Part shown: in pieces, positions 1 through 10,091 of the stretch
Position numbering within the stretch: position 1 is the stretch's first letter
Layout of the letters: each line of letters opens with the position of its first letter
DNA from: Candidatus Tepidifontimicrobium thermophilum
GTDB lineage: Bacteria > Sysuimicrobiota > Sysuimicrobiia > Sysuimicrobiales > Sysuimicrobiaceae
Assembly (NCBI GenBank): GCA_031459915.1
Contig: JAVKHO010000009.1
Location: 49,733-113,732, forward strand
Length of the DNA: 64,000 nt
Reading direction: 5' to 3'
Made by a program: the position numbers and the translations under genes
The notes under the pieces: model-generated
What the model saw: only the letters and a program-made list of their open reading frames with translations
Database searches by the model: none
What the model was told of the DNA's origin: nothing

Positions 1-269
1 CCTTCGACACGGAGGAGGAGGCGGTGGCCATCGCCAACGACAGCCGCTACGGCCTTTCGGGCTCCGTGTGGACCCGCGACGTGGGCCGCGCCCTGCGGGT
101 AGCCCGCGCCTTGGAGACCGGGGTGTTGTCGGTGAACTCCGGCCACAGCGTCCACCTGGAGGCCCCCTTCGGGGGCGTGAAGGAGAGCGGGGTGGGGCGG
201 GAGCTGGGCCTGGCGGTCCTCGACCACTACAGCGAGTGGAAGAGTGTGTTCGTGGACACGCGGCCCTGA
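1..269 (+). CDS. Aldehyde dehydrogenase, C-terminal part (truncated by the window edge)
   Basis: [24 protein letters not shown]...[15 protein letters not shown] is the typical ALDH C-terminus. Confidence 0.93.
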   Translation, partial: FDTEEEAVAIANDSRYGLSGSVWTRDVGRALRVARALETGVLSVNSGHSVHLEAPFGGVKESGVGRELGLAVLDHYSEWKSVFVDTRP

Positions 270-307
270 AACCGGCAGGGGAGACCACCGAGAAGGGAGG
301 GGGAAGC

Positions 308-1399
308 ATGGAGGGGAACGGCGTCAGCCGCAGACAGTTTCTCAAGCGGGGAGCGTCGTCCATGGCGGCCACCATCGCCGCGGCGGCGCTCGCGCGTATG
401 GGGATCCACCCTCGAGAGGTACGGGCTCAGGAGCGGCGCCAGCCCAGGATCAAGTGGCGGATGCAGACCTACGCGGGCACCACCCTGGGCCAGCACGTGA
501 TCAAGCCGTCCGTCGATGCCTTTAACCTCGCGGCCAACGGGGAGATGGTCATCGAGCTGTACTATGCAGACCAGCTGGTGCCTCAGGGCGAGCTCATCAA
601 GGCCCTGCAGCGGGGCGTGCTGGACGCGGTGCAGACGGACGAGGACTCTGCCCAGTCCCCGGTGGACGTCTCGGTGTTCGGCGCGTACTTCCCCTTCGCC
701 ACCGAGTACTCCCTGGACGTGGCGACCCTGTTCCACTGGTACGGCCTGGACAAGATCTGGCGGGAGGCGTACGCGAAGGTCCCGAACGTCACCTGGCTCA
801 GCGCGGGTTCCTGGGACCCGTGCAACTTCGCCACCACCAAGCCCATCCGTTCCCTCAAGGACCTGAGGGGGCTGCGGGTCTACATGTTCCCCACTGGAGG
901 CCGGTTCATGCAGCGGTTCGGGGTGGTCCCGGTGTCCCTGCCCTACGCGGACGTACAGATGGCCATCCAGACCGGGGAGCTGGACGGCGTGGCGTGGAGC
1001 GGGATCACGGAGGTGTACACGGTGGGCTGGGCCGATGTGACCCGGTACTACCTCACGAACCCCATCTCGGGGGCGTGGATCGGTTCCTACCTGGTCAACA
1101 CCCGCAGTTGGGAACGTCTGCCGCGCCACCTGCAGACCCTCTTCCGGCTGTGCATCGACTCCTCCCACTACTACCGCCTGCACTGGTACTGGTGGGGGGA
1201 GGCCCACTATCGCGTGAAGGGCGGGAAGCTGAAGCTGACCTCCATCCCGGAGAAGGAGTGGGACACGGTGCGGAAGGAGGCGTACAAGTTCTGGGACGAG
1301 GTGGCCAAGCGCAGCCCGCGGACAGCCCAGGTGGTGAAGATCCTGCGCGAGTACGCGGAGGTCATGCGCAGAGCAGGCCCGCCCTACCGCTGCGGCTGA
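308..1399 (+). CDS. dctP: TRAP transporter substrate-binding protein (DctP family), Tat-exported, probably ethanolamine-binding subtype
   Basis: SRRQFLK twin-arginine signal; WRMQTY...QTGELDG DctP motifs; ATG 308 after GGAGG. Confidence 0.9.
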   Translation: MEGNGVSRRQFLKRGASSMAATIAAAALARMGIHPREVRAQERRQPRIKWRMQTYAGTTLGQHVIKPSVDAFNLAANGEMVIELYYADQLVPQGELIKALQRGVLDAVQTDEDSAQSPVDVSVFGAYFPFATEYSLDVATLFHWYGLDKIWREAYAKVPNVTWLSAGSWDPCNFATTKPIRSLKDLRGLRVYMFPTGGRFMQRFGVVPVSLPYADVQMAIQTGELDGVAWSGITEVYTVGWADVTRYYLTNPISGAWIGSYLVNTRSWERLPRHLQTLFRLCIDSSHYYRLHWYWWGEAHYRVKGGKLKLTSIPEKEWDTVRKEAYKFWDEVAKRSPRTAQVVKILREYAEVMRRAGPPYRCG

Positions 1400-1433
1400 C
1401 GAGTCCGCGCCGACTGCGGAGCCCTGCGGACAG

Positions 1434-1991
1434 ATGAGCCAGCTTCCCGTGGATCCCGTGGCCCCGTCGATCCGGCGGATGCCCCGACCCGTGGTGGTCT
1501 ACGTACGGGGGGTGGAGCGCTTAGGCCGGGCCGTGGGGGCGTTGGCCATGGTCCTCACCTTCGTTCTAGCTGCCATCCTGCTGGAAGCGTCCGTGGCGCG
1601 GTTGGCCTTCGGGACCTCCCACATCTGGAGCGTGGAGCTGGCGCAGTTCACCATGTCCGCGTACTACCTCCTCGGCGGGGCGCTGTCCGAACAGGACGCG
1701 GTCCACGTGCGAATGGACCTCTTCTACAGCCGTCTCAGCCCCCGCGCCAAGCTGGTGATGGACTGCCTGACGACTCCCCTCGTCCTGGTGTACCTCGCCT
1801 TCCTTTTCTACGGTGGCATCCGCAGCAGTCTCTGGGCCATCGAGAACAACCAGGTGAACTACACGCCGTGGGCGCCCCCCATGGCGCCCATCAAGCTCAT
1901 CATGACCGCAGGGATGGGGCTGATGCTCCTGCAGCAGCTGGCCATCTTCTTCAAGGACCTGGCGCGCCTGCTCGGGAGGGCGATGGAGTGA
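1434..1991 (+). CDS. dctQ: TRAP transporter small permease
   Basis: 4 hydrophobic helices, HVRMDLFY motif, located between dctP and dctM. Confidence 0.9.
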   Translation: MSQLPVDPVAPSIRRMPRPVVVYVRGVERLGRAVGALAMVLTFVLAAILLEASVARLAFGTSHIWSVELAQFTMSAYYLLGGALSEQDAVHVRMDLFYSRLSPRAKLVMDCLTTPLVLVYLAFLFYGGIRSSLWAIENNQVNYTPWAPPMAPIKLIMTAGMGLMLLQQLAIFFKDLARLLGRAME

Positions 1992-3319
1992 GCCACAACG
2001 CCATCGCCCTCCTCATGTTCCTCTCCATGATGGCCCTGCTGGCCACCGGCCAGCGGATGTACGCGGTCATCGGGTTCGTGGGCGTGGCGGCAGCGGTGGG
2101 GCTATGGGGTCCGGAGACCGCGGAGATGCCCTTCGACGCCGCCATCACCACCCTGAACTGGTACCCGCTGCTCACCCTGCCCATGTTCGTGTTCATGGGG
2201 TACATGTTCGCGGAGACGGGGATCGCCAACGACCTGTACTACATGTTCCACGTGTGGTCTGGTCCCCTCCGGGGCGGGCTGGCGGTGGGGACCATCCTGA
2301 TGATGGTCCTGATCGCGGCCATCAACGGGCTCAGCGTGGCAGGGCTGGCGATCGGCGCCACCGTGGCCCTGCCGGAAATGCTCCGACGGGGCTACGACAA
2401 GGTCATGGTCACGGGAGTGATCCAGGCGGGGAGTACGCTGGGGATCATGATCCCGCCCAGCGTGGTCCTGGTGCTGTACGGGATGATCGCCCGCGTCCCC
2501 GTGGGGCAGCTGTGGTTCGCGGGGATCCTGCCCGGGCTGCTCCTGGGCGGACTGTTCATCCTGTACGTGCTGATCCGGTGCTGGCTGCAACCCGAGCTGG
2601 GGCCCCCCCTGCCGAAGGAAGAGCTGGAGAGGATCACGTGGGGAGAGAAGCTGCGGCTGCTGCGCGCGGGGATCATCCCCCTCGTGATCTTCGTTTCCAT
2701 GACGGGGCTGTTCCTGGCTGGGGTGACCAGCCTCGTGGAGTCCTCGGCGGTGGGGATGCTGGCCACCACCCTGGCTGCGGCGGTCCGGCGACGGCTCACC
2801 TGGCGGGCTCTGGTGGAGGCCACCCGCAAGACGCTCGGCGTGAGCTGCGTGTTCATGTGGATCATCCAGGCCGCGTTGCTGTTCTCCGCGGTGTTCGACG
2901 GACTCGGTGCCAGCCGGGCCCTGGAGGAGCTGTTCCTGGGGCAGTGGCACCTTTCGCCCTGGGCAGTGATCGCCATGATGCAGGCTTCCTTCCTGTTCAT
3001 GGGGACCTTCCTGGACGACACCGCCATGCTGGTCATCGTGGCCCCCCTGTACGTGCCCCTGGTGAAGAAGCTAGGGTTCGACCTCGTGTGGTACGGGGTG
3101 CTGTACACGATCACCTGCCAGGTCGCGTACATGACGCCGCCCTTCGGCTACAACCTGTTCCTCATGCGGGCCATGGCACCGCCGGAGATCACCCTGGCGG
3201 ACATCTACCGGTCCATCACGCCCTTCGTACTGGTGATGATCCTGGGACTGGTGATCGTGATGGCGTTCCCGCAGATCGCGACCTGGCTGCCGGAGCTGTA
3301 CTTCCGGCGTAGCGGATAG
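1988..3319 (+). CDS. dctM: TRAP transporter large permease
   Basis: GTLGIMIPPS-like (STLGIMIPPS) and YMTPPFG motifs; GTGA overlap with the dctQ stop. Confidence 0.92.
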   Translation: MSHNAIALLMFLSMMALLATGQRMYAVIGFVGVAAAVGLWGPETAEMPFDAAITTLNWYPLLTLPMFVFMGYMFAETGIANDLYYMFHVWSGPLRGGLAVGTILMMVLIAAINGLSVAGLAIGATVALPEMLRRGYDKVMVTGVIQAGSTLGIMIPPSVVLVLYGMIARVPVGQLWFAGILPGLLLGGLFILYVLIRCWLQPELGPPLPKEELERITWGEKLRLLRAGIIPLVIFVSMTGLFLAGVTSLVESSAVGMLATTLAAAVRRRLTWRALVEATRKTLGVSCVFMWIIQAALLFSAVFDGLGASRALEELFLGQWHLSPWAVIAMMQASFLFMGTFLDDTAMLVIVAPLYVPLVKKLGFDLVWYGVLYTITCQVAYMTPPFGYNLFLMRAMAPPEITLADIYRSITPFVLVMILGLVIVMAFPQIATWLPELYFRRSG

Positions 3320-3341
3320 CGCGTGTGGAGGAGGTGAGCGG

Positions 3342-4736
3342 GTGGAGCGAGGGGAGCGGGCGATCCGGGGTCGGATCGAGCTGGAGGAGTTGCGCCAGCT
3401 GGTGGAGACAGGCCAAGTGGACACCGTCCTGACGGTTTTCCCGGACCTGTACGGCCGGCTGGTGGGCAAGCGGGTGAGCGGGCAGTTCTTCCTCGACCAC
3501 GTAGCTCCGGACGGCCTGCACGCGTGCGACTACTTGCTGGCCTGCGACATGGAGATGGACCCCGTGCCGGGGTACGCGTTCACGAGCTGGGAGGCGGGCT
3601 ACGGGGACGTGCGGCTGGTGCCGGACTTCCGGACCCTGCGGGTCGCCTCCTGGCTGGACGCGAGCGCGGTGGTCCTGTGTGACGTCTACGAGGAGGAGCG
3701 GGACGTGCTGGTGGAGGTGGCGCCCCGCACGGTCCTGCGCCGACAGGTGGATCGGGCCCGGGCCCTGGGGTACGTGGCCATGGGCGGCTCGGAGCTGGAG
3801 TTCTACATCCTGCGGGACTCCTACGAGGAGGCGGCCCGCAAGCGGTACGTGGGCCTGGAGCCCTTCGGCCGGTACATCGAGGACTACCACATCCTGCAGG
3901 GGACGAAGGAGGAATTCCTGGTAGGGGCCCTGCGCCGCCATCTGGAGCGGTCCGGAATCCCCGTGGAGTTCTCCAAGGGCGAGTGGGGCCCCGGGCAGCA
4001 GGAGATCAACCTGCGCTACGCGGACTTCCTGGAGACCGCGGACCGCCACACGTTGTTCAAGCACGCGGCCAAGGAGGTCGCCTGGCAGAACAACGTGGCG
4101 GTGACCTTCATGGCCAAGTGGGATGAGCGGTACGCCGGTTCCAGCATGCACCTGCACGCAAGCCTGTGGGACGCGGAAGGCCGGCCCTTGTTCCCCGGAG
4201 AGGAGGCCCTGGGCCCCCTGCACGTATCGCCCCTGTTCCGGTGGTTCCTCGGCGGGTGGATGGCGCACCTGGCGGAGATCACCGCGTTCTACGCCCCCTA
4301 CCCGGCCTCCTACAAGCGGTACGTGGCGGGATCCTTCGCGCCCACCCGGGTGGCGTGGAGCTACGACAACCGTACCGCCGGCTTCCGGGTGGTGGGGCAC
4401 GGACCCTCCCTGCGCATCGAGTGCCGGGTGCCGGGCGCCGATGCCAACCCGTACCTGGCATTCGCCGCCACGCTGGCCGCGGGTTTGGACGGGATTGAGA
4501 ACCGCACCGAGCCGCCGCCCATGTTCGAGGGCGACGCGTACGCGGCCGCGGACCTGCCGGAGGTGCCACGGTCCCTTCCGGAGGCGGTGAAGCGGCTGGA
4601 GAGCAGCTCGTGGGCCCGGCAGGTGTTCGGCGACGCGGTGGTGGACCACTACGCGCACTTCTTCCGCACCGAGCAGCGCAAGTTCGACCAGGTGGTGACG
4701 GACTGGGAGCGGGCCCGGTACCTGGAGCGGGCGTGA
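3342..4736 (+). CDS. Glutamine synthetase-like gamma-glutamyl-amine ligase (PuuA/GlnA4 type)
   Basis: DLYGRLVGKR, GSELEFY, GQQEIN, GSSMHLH, DNRT, RIECRVPGADANPY; gene context is gamma-glutamylation rather than housekeeping GS. Confidence 0.9.
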   Translation: MERGERAIRGRIELEELRQLVETGQVDTVLTVFPDLYGRLVGKRVSGQFFLDHVAPDGLHACDYLLACDMEMDPVPGYAFTSWEAGYGDVRLVPDFRTLRVASWLDASAVVLCDVYEEERDVLVEVAPRTVLRRQVDRARALGYVAMGGSELEFYILRDSYEEAARKRYVGLEPFGRYIEDYHILQGTKEEFLVGALRRHLERSGIPVEFSKGEWGPGQQEINLRYADFLETADRHTLFKHAAKEVAWQNNVAVTFMAKWDERYAGSSMHLHASLWDAEGRPLFPGEEALGPLHVSPLFRWFLGGWMAHLAEITAFYAPYPASYKRYVAGSFAPTRVAWSYDNRTAGFRVVGHGPSLRIECRVPGADANPYLAFAATLAAGLDGIENRTEPPPMFEGDAYAAADLPEVPRSLPEAVKRLESSSWARQVFGDAVVDHYAHFFRTEQRKFDQVVTDWERARYLERA

Positions 4737-5470
4737 GGGAGCGGGTGGAGGCGCCTAGGATCGGGATCACCACGTACGGCCGCGACGAGCACGGACGGTT
4801 CTGCCTGCCCGCCGCGTACGTGGACGCAGTGCGGCGGGCGGGGGGCGTTCCACTCCTGCTGCCGCCCGGGGAAGCGCACCCCGAGCGGGTGCTGGAGGTG
4901 GTGGACGGCCTGATCCTTTCCGGTGGAGGCGACATCGACCCGGCCTGCTACGGCGGGCAGAGCCACCCGACCCTGTACCTGGTGGACCCCGAGCGGGACC
5001 GCTTCGAACTGCATCTCGCCCGGGCGGTGGTGGACCAGGACGTCCCAGTCCTGGGAATCTGCCGCGGGTCGCAGGTGCTCAACGTGGCGTGGGGCGGGGA
5101 CCTGATCCCGCACCTGCCCGAGGGCGAGGACGCACCGGTCCGGCACCGGCTTCCCCCTCGAACCCCTACGGACCACCCGGTGAGTGTGGACCCTGGCAGC
5201 CGCCTGGCCGGCATCCTCGGAGAACCCGAGCTGTCCGTGCGCTCGTGGCACCACCAGGCGGTGCAGCGCGTGGCGTCCGGCTGGCGTGCGGTGGCGTGGG
5301 CGCCGGACGGGACCGTGGAGGCGGTGGAGTGGCAACAGGATGCGTGGGCCGTGGGCGTGCAGTGGCACCCGGAGCTTTCCATGGACAGTCCGGTGCACCG
5401 GAGGCTGTTTGAGGCGCTCGTCCAGGCCGCGGCGCAGCGCCGCCAGGCCCGGCAGAGAGCGGAGCGGTAG
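4733..5470 (+). CDS. Gamma-glutamyl-amide hydrolase (peptidase C26/PuuD family)
   Basis: LSGGGDIDP, LGICRG (nucleophile Cys), HHQAV, GVQWHPE; GTGA overlap. Confidence 0.92.
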   Translation: MRERVEAPRIGITTYGRDEHGRFCLPAAYVDAVRRAGGVPLLLPPGEAHPERVLEVVDGLILSGGGDIDPACYGGQSHPTLYLVDPERDRFELHLARAVVDQDVPVLGICRGSQVLNVAWGGDLIPHLPEGEDAPVRHRLPPRTPTDHPVSVDPGSRLAGILGEPELSVRSWHHQAVQRVASGWRAVAWAPDGTVEAVEWQQDAWAVGVQWHPELSMDSPVHRRLFEALVQAAAQRRQARQRAER

Positions 5471-5492
5471 ACGCAACCGGGAGGGAGTCGAC

Positions 5493-6266
5493 ATGCGGCT
5501 GCGGGACAAGGTGGCCCTGATCACCGGCGGGGGCAGCGGGATCGGCCGGGAGTCCGCGAAGCTGTTCGCCCGGGAGGGTGCGAGGGTGGTGGTGGTGGAC
5601 ATCAACGCGGAGGCGGGCGAGCGGACGGTGGCGGACATCCGCGCCGCGGGCGGGGAAGCCACCTTCTGCCGGGCGGACGTCACGCGGACGGAGGACGTGC
5701 AGGCCATGGTGGCCTGTGCGGAGGGTACCTACGGGCGGCTGGATGTTCTGTTCAACAACGCGGGGATCTTCCACCCGGAGGACGGGTCTGTGCTGGACAC
5801 GGACGAACGGGTGTGGGACCTGGTGCTGGACGTGAACCTGAAGGGGGTGTTCCTGGGCTGCAAGTACGGGATCCCCGCCCTCCTGCGGGCGGGCGGGGGC
5901 TCGGTGATCAATACCGCCTCCTTCGTGGCCCTGATGGGGTCCGCGGTCTCCCAGGTGGCGTACACGGCCAGCAAGGGCGGGGTGTTGGCCCTGACCCGAG
6001 AGATCGCGGTGGAGTTCGCCCGGAAGAACATCCGGGCCAACGCCCTGTGCCCGGGGCCGGTGGAGACCCCGCTGCTGGCGGAGCTGCTATCGGACCCGGA
6101 CCGGCGCCAGCGGCGGTTGGTCCACATCCCGGCGGGGCGCTTCGCCCGCGCGGAGGAGATCGCCCGGGCGGCGCTGTTCCTGGCTAGCGACGAGTCCTCC
6201 TACGTGAACGGCGCGGTGTTCGTGGTAGACGGCGGGATCACCGCGGCCTACCTGACCCCCGAGTGA
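5493..6266 (+). CDS. Short-chain dehydrogenase/reductase (NAD-preferring)
   Basis: TGGGSGIG, VVVVD, NNAG, YTASK catalytic motif. Confidence 0.93.
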   Translation: MRLRDKVALITGGGSGIGRESAKLFAREGARVVVVDINAEAGERTVADIRAAGGEATFCRADVTRTEDVQAMVACAEGTYGRLDVLFNNAGIFHPEDGSVLDTDERVWDLVLDVNLKGVFLGCKYGIPALLRAGGGSVINTASFVALMGSAVSQVAYTASKGGVLALTREIAVEFARKNIRANALCPGPVETPLLAELLSDPDRRQRRLVHIPAGRFARAEEIARAALFLASDESSYVNGAVFVVDGGITAAYLTPE

Positions 6267-6311
6267 GCGCGCGGGGGAGAGGAAGGAAACTTCGAAGGGG
6301 GGTGACTCAAC

Positions 6312-7322
6312 ATGAAGAAGGACCGAGGGCTGCGGCGGGTGGTGGTGTGGCTCGTTGCGGTGTGCGGGGTGCTGCTGGCGGGACTGGCAGCGCCCGCGGC
6401 GACACCGGTGGTGGTGTACTCCGCCCTGGAGAACGACGAGATCGCGGAGTACCTGAAGGTGGCCCGCCAGGACCTCCCGGACCTGGATATCCGGGTGCTG
6501 CGGCTGTCCACGGGAGAGCTGGCCGCGCGGGTGCTGGCGGAGAAGGGGAACCCGCAGGCGGACGTCCTGTGGGGGGTGGCAGCCACCGCTACGATCCCCC
6601 TCGTACGGGAGGGGATCCTGGAGCCCTACGCGCCCAAGGGCGCCTACAAGATCCTCCGACAGTTCCGCGACCCCAAAGGCTACTGGACGGGGATTGACCT
6701 GTACGTGGGGGCCATCGCGGTGAACACCGTGGAGCTGACGAAGCGGCGGCTACCGGTCCCCCGCACGTGGAACGACCTGCTGAACCCCCAGTACAAGGGC
6801 CTCGTCATCATGCCCAACCCCCTCACCTCGGGGACGGGGTTCCTGCACGTGGTGGCGGTGCTCACGAAGTTCGGGGAACAGCGGGGTTGGCAGTACCTGG
6901 CGGAGCTGGACAGGAACATCGCCCAGTACACCCGCAGCGGCGGAGCGCCAGCCCGGATGGCGGCGCAGGGGGAGATCCCCATCGCCTTGTCCTTCGATTT
7001 CGCCGTGCTCAGCTTCAAGCAGCAGGGCTTCCCCGTGGAGCTGGTCTGGCCGGACGGCACAGGCTACGAGCTGGAGGTGAACGCCCTCATCAAGGGGGCC
7101 AGGAGCCCCGACGCGGCGAAACGGTTCTTGGACTGGGCCATCAGCCTGAACGCCATGCGGGCGTACGCCAGGTGGAAGATGGGCGTCACCATGCCGGGGG
7201 TCACCGCGGGCCCGCACGTCCCCCAGCTGCACACCGTGCCGCTCCTGAAAGTGGACTTCCAGTGGGCGGCCGAGCACCGGCAGCGGATCCTGGACGAGTG
7301 GAAGCGCCGGTTCACCCGGTGA
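6312..7322 (+). CDS. ABC substrate-binding protein, AfuA/2-aminoethylphosphonate (AepX/PhnS2)-like
   Basis: Signal peptide; VYSALE, STGE..A.VLAEKGNPQADVLWG, MPNPLTSGTG motifs. Confidence 0.8.
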   Translation: MKKDRGLRRVVVWLVAVCGVLLAGLAAPAATPVVVYSALENDEIAEYLKVARQDLPDLDIRVLRLSTGELAARVLAEKGNPQADVLWGVAATATIPLVREGILEPYAPKGAYKILRQFRDPKGYWTGIDLYVGAIAVNTVELTKRRLPVPRTWNDLLNPQYKGLVIMPNPLTSGTGFLHVVAVLTKFGEQRGWQYLAELDRNIAQYTRSGGAPARMAAQGEIPIALSFDFAVLSFKQQGFPVELVWPDGTGYELEVNALIKGARSPDAAKRFLDWAISLNAMRAYARWKMGVTMPGVTAGPHVPQLHTVPLLKVDFQWAAEHRQRILDEWKRRFTR

Positions 7323-7365
7323 CGGAGGGGCGGTCCGCTGCAGGAGGGGTGAGGGAACCCGGGGG

Positions 7366-8430
7366 ATGGACGCGGAGCTCGTCCTAGACGGGCTGACCAA
7401 GCGGTTCGGCCCCGTGGCGGCGGTGGACGGCGTCAGCCTGGAGGTGGCCCCCGGGGAGTTCGTGTGCGTGCTGGGACCCAGCGGGTGCGGGAAGACGACC
7501 CTCCTGCGGCTGATCGCAGGGTTCGAGGCGCCCACCGCGGGGGCGATCTACTACCGGGGTGCACCCGTGCACCACCTGCCACCGCAGGAGCGGAACTTCG
7601 GGATCGTGTTCCAGTCCTACGCCTTGTTCCCCCACATGACCGTTTGGGACAACGTGGCCTTCGGCCTGCGGGTCCGCCGCCTTCCGGCAGTTACCGTGCG
7701 GGCCCGGGTCGCGGAGATGCTGGCCCTGGTAGGCCTGGAGCACGCCGCCCGCCTGTACCCGTCCCAGCTGAGCGGGGGGATGCAGCAGCGGGTGGCCCTG
7801 GCCCGGGCGTTGGCCGTCCAGCCCCGTGTGCTGCTGCTAGACGAGCCCCTCTCGGCCCTGGACGCGAAGATCCGAGTGCGGCTGCGGGCGGAGATCCGCC
7901 GGATCCAGCGGGAGCTGGGCGTGACGGTCCTCTACGTGACCCACGACCAAGAGGAAGCCCTGTCCATCGCGGACCGACTGGTGGTGATGTGGCAGGGGCG
8001 GGTACAGCAGGTAGGCCCTCCTCTGGAGGTGTACACGCGCCCGGCCACCCCCTTCGTGGCGGACTTCGTGGGCACCACCAACCTCCTGCGGGCGGAGGTG
8101 GGAGAGGACGGTGGGGTCCGCTGGGGGGACGTCCTCCTCGAGGTGGCGGGCCCGCTGTTACCCGCCGGCCCGGTCCTGCTGGCGGTCCGGCCGGAGCGGC
8201 TGCGGTTGGTGGACGGAGCTGCCGCTAGCCAGCGCAACTGCGTGACAGGCCGGGTGGAGGCCTGGACGTTCTTCGGGCCCTACGTGCGGTTGCACGTGAG
8301 CGCCAACGGCGAGCTGCTGGCGGTGGACGTGCCGCAGGAGGTCCTGGCGGACGCCGGGCTGCAGCGCCACGCCCCGGTCACCGTGCACGTGCCGCGGGAA
8401 GCGGTCCTGGTGTTTCCCGCCCGCCCGTGA
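7366..8430 (+). CDS. ABC ATP-binding subunit (PotA/FbpC/PhnT2-like, with TOBE tail)
   Basis: GPSGCGKT, LSGGMQQR, LLLDEPLSALD, VTHDQEEA. Confidence 0.93.
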   Translation: MDAELVLDGLTKRFGPVAAVDGVSLEVAPGEFVCVLGPSGCGKTTLLRLIAGFEAPTAGAIYYRGAPVHHLPPQERNFGIVFQSYALFPHMTVWDNVAFGLRVRRLPAVTVRARVAEMLALVGLEHAARLYPSQLSGGMQQRVALARALAVQPRVLLLDEPLSALDAKIRVRLRAEIRRIQRELGVTVLYVTHDQEEALSIADRLVVMWQGRVQQVGPPLEVYTRPATPFVADFVGTTNLLRAEVGEDGGVRWGDVLLEVAGPLLPAGPVLLAVRPERLRLVDGAAASQRNCVTGRVEAWTFFGPYVRLHVSANGELLAVDVPQEVLADAGLQRHAPVTVHVPREAVLVFPARP

Positions 8431-10091
8431 GCGCCCCGCCCGCTGCGCTTCAGGTCCCCGTCCCCCGCCGGTGGACGGCCCGGGACCTGTGGACGACCCG
8501 GGTCACCACGGGAGTCCTGCTGCTGGCCTTCGCGGTCTTCGTCCTGTACCCGCTGCTCGAGATCGTGGCCCGGTCTTTCTGGAAATCGGGTGCGTTCAGC
8601 TGGGAGCACTACGCGGAGTTCCTGCAGGAGCCCAAGCTGTTCCAGACCGTCTGGAACAGCCTGGTGGTCTCCAGCCTCTCGACGGTCCTGACCGTGGTCC
8701 TGGCCTTCGGCTATGCGTACGTGCTGACCCACACCCACCTGTGGGGACGGTCGTTTCTGTGGATGGTGGGGCTGCTCCCCCTCATCGCGCCGTCCTTCGT
8801 GCAGGCCCTGGGCCTCATTTTCCTGTTCGGCCGCAACGGGCTCGTGACCCGCACCCTGCTGGGGCTGGACTGGAACGTGTACGGCGCCGTGGGGATCGTG
8901 CTGGGGGAAGTGTTCTACTGTTTCCCCCACGCCCTCCTGGTGCTGTACACGAGTCTGAGCGCCCTGGACGCGTCCCTGTACGAGGCCGCGCAGAGCCTCG
9001 GCGCACGGGGCTGGAGGGTCTTCTGGTGGGTGACCGTCCCCACCGTGCGGTACGCGGTCGCCGCGGCGAGTTTCCTCGTGTTCAACCTGGTGGTGACGGA
9101 CTTCGGGACGCCCGTGGTGGTGGGCGGCGACTACCGGGTGCTGGCCACGGAGATCTACACGCAGGTGTTCGGGCTGCAGCGGTTCAGCATGGCGGCAGTG
9201 GTCAGCGTGGCGTTGCTGGTCCCGGCCCTCGCCTCCTTCGGCCTGGACGGGTACTTCCGCCGGAAGGCAGCCGCCACCCTCACGGGGCAGAGCCGGCCCT
9301 ACGCGTACTCCCCCCGCGGCTGGGGCAGACTCGCCGCGGGTGCGTTCGCCTGGGGTTGGGCGGCGTTCGTCCTGCTCGTGTACGGGACGCTGGCGGCGGC
9401 CTCGCTGGTCCGGGTGTGGGGGTACGACTGGACCCTCACCCTCGCCCACTACCGGTTGGACGCGGTGGGCGTGCGGGAGGTCCTGCTCCGGGGACTCCAG
9501 CTGTCCGGGCTGGCGGCGCTCTGTGGCGCCCTGCTGAGCGTGGTGGTGGCGTACGTGGTGCACCGGCTGCGGCCACCGGGCGCCCGTCTGCTGTACGCCC
9601 TGGCGGTACTGCCCGCCGCGGTCCCGGGGACGGTGGTGGGATTGGGCTACCTGTTTGCTTTTAACAAGCCGCCCCTGGTGCTGGTGGGGACCGCGGGGAT
9701 CATCGTACTCTCGTACGTATTCCGGTTTGTGACCCTGGGGACCCTGGCGGCCAGCGCCGCCCTGCAGCAGGTGGACCGGTCGGTGGAGGAGGCGGCCCAG
9801 AGCCTGGGTGCCAGTGCGGTGCGCACCTTCGTACAGGTGGTGTTCCCCCTGCTCCGGGTTGCCTTCTTCTCGTCCGCGGTGTACATCTTCGTGCGAAGCA
9901 TGGTGACCCTGAGCGCGGTGATCTTCCTCATCGCCCCGGGGCTGGAGCTCCCGGCCACCGCGGTCCTCACGCTGACCACGGACGGGAAACTGAGTGGGGC
10001 GGCGGCTCTGTCTACCCTGCTGGTGGCGGTGATCGGGCTGGTGGTCGCCGTCGCCCGCGTGGTGCTCCGCGTGCCCGTGGTGTTCCGTTGA
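8427..10091 (+). CDS. ABC permease with two fused domains (FbpB/PhnU2-like)
   Basis: Two EAA loops (LYEAAQSLGA; VEEAAQSLGA), about 12 TM segments. Confidence 0.9.
   Translation: MSAPPAALQVPVPRRWTARDLWTTRVTTGVLLLAFAVFVLYPLLEIVARSFWKSGAFSWEHYAEFLQEPKLFQTVWNSLVVSSLSTVLTVVLAFGYAYVLTHTHLWGRSFLWMVGLLPLIAPSFVQALGLIFLFGRNGLVTRTLLGLDWNVYGAVGIVLGEVFYCFPHALLVLYTSLSALDASLYEAAQSLGARGWRVFWWVTVPTVRYAVAAASFLVFNLVVTDFGTPVVVGGDYRVLATEIYTQVFGLQRFSMAAVVSVALLVPALASFGLDGYFRRKAAATLTGQSRPYAYSPRGWGRLAAGAFAWGWAAFVLLVYGTLAAASLVRVWGYDWTLTLAHYRLDAVGVREVLLRGLQLSGLAALCGALLSVVVAYVVHRLRPPGARLLYALAVLPAAVPGTVVGLGYLFAFNKPPLVLVGTAGIIVLSYVFRFVTLGTLAASAALQQVDRSVEEAAQSLGASAVRTFVQVVFPLLRVAFFSSAVYIFVRSMVTLSAVIFLIAPGLELPATAVLTLTTDGKLSGAAALSTLLVAVIGLVVAVARVVLRVPVVFR

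Noticed and set aside
3342..4736. Housekeeping glutamine synthetase glnA
   Set aside because: Sequence type and neighbours (C26 hydrolase, SDR, ALDH) indicate a gamma-glutamyl-amine ligase
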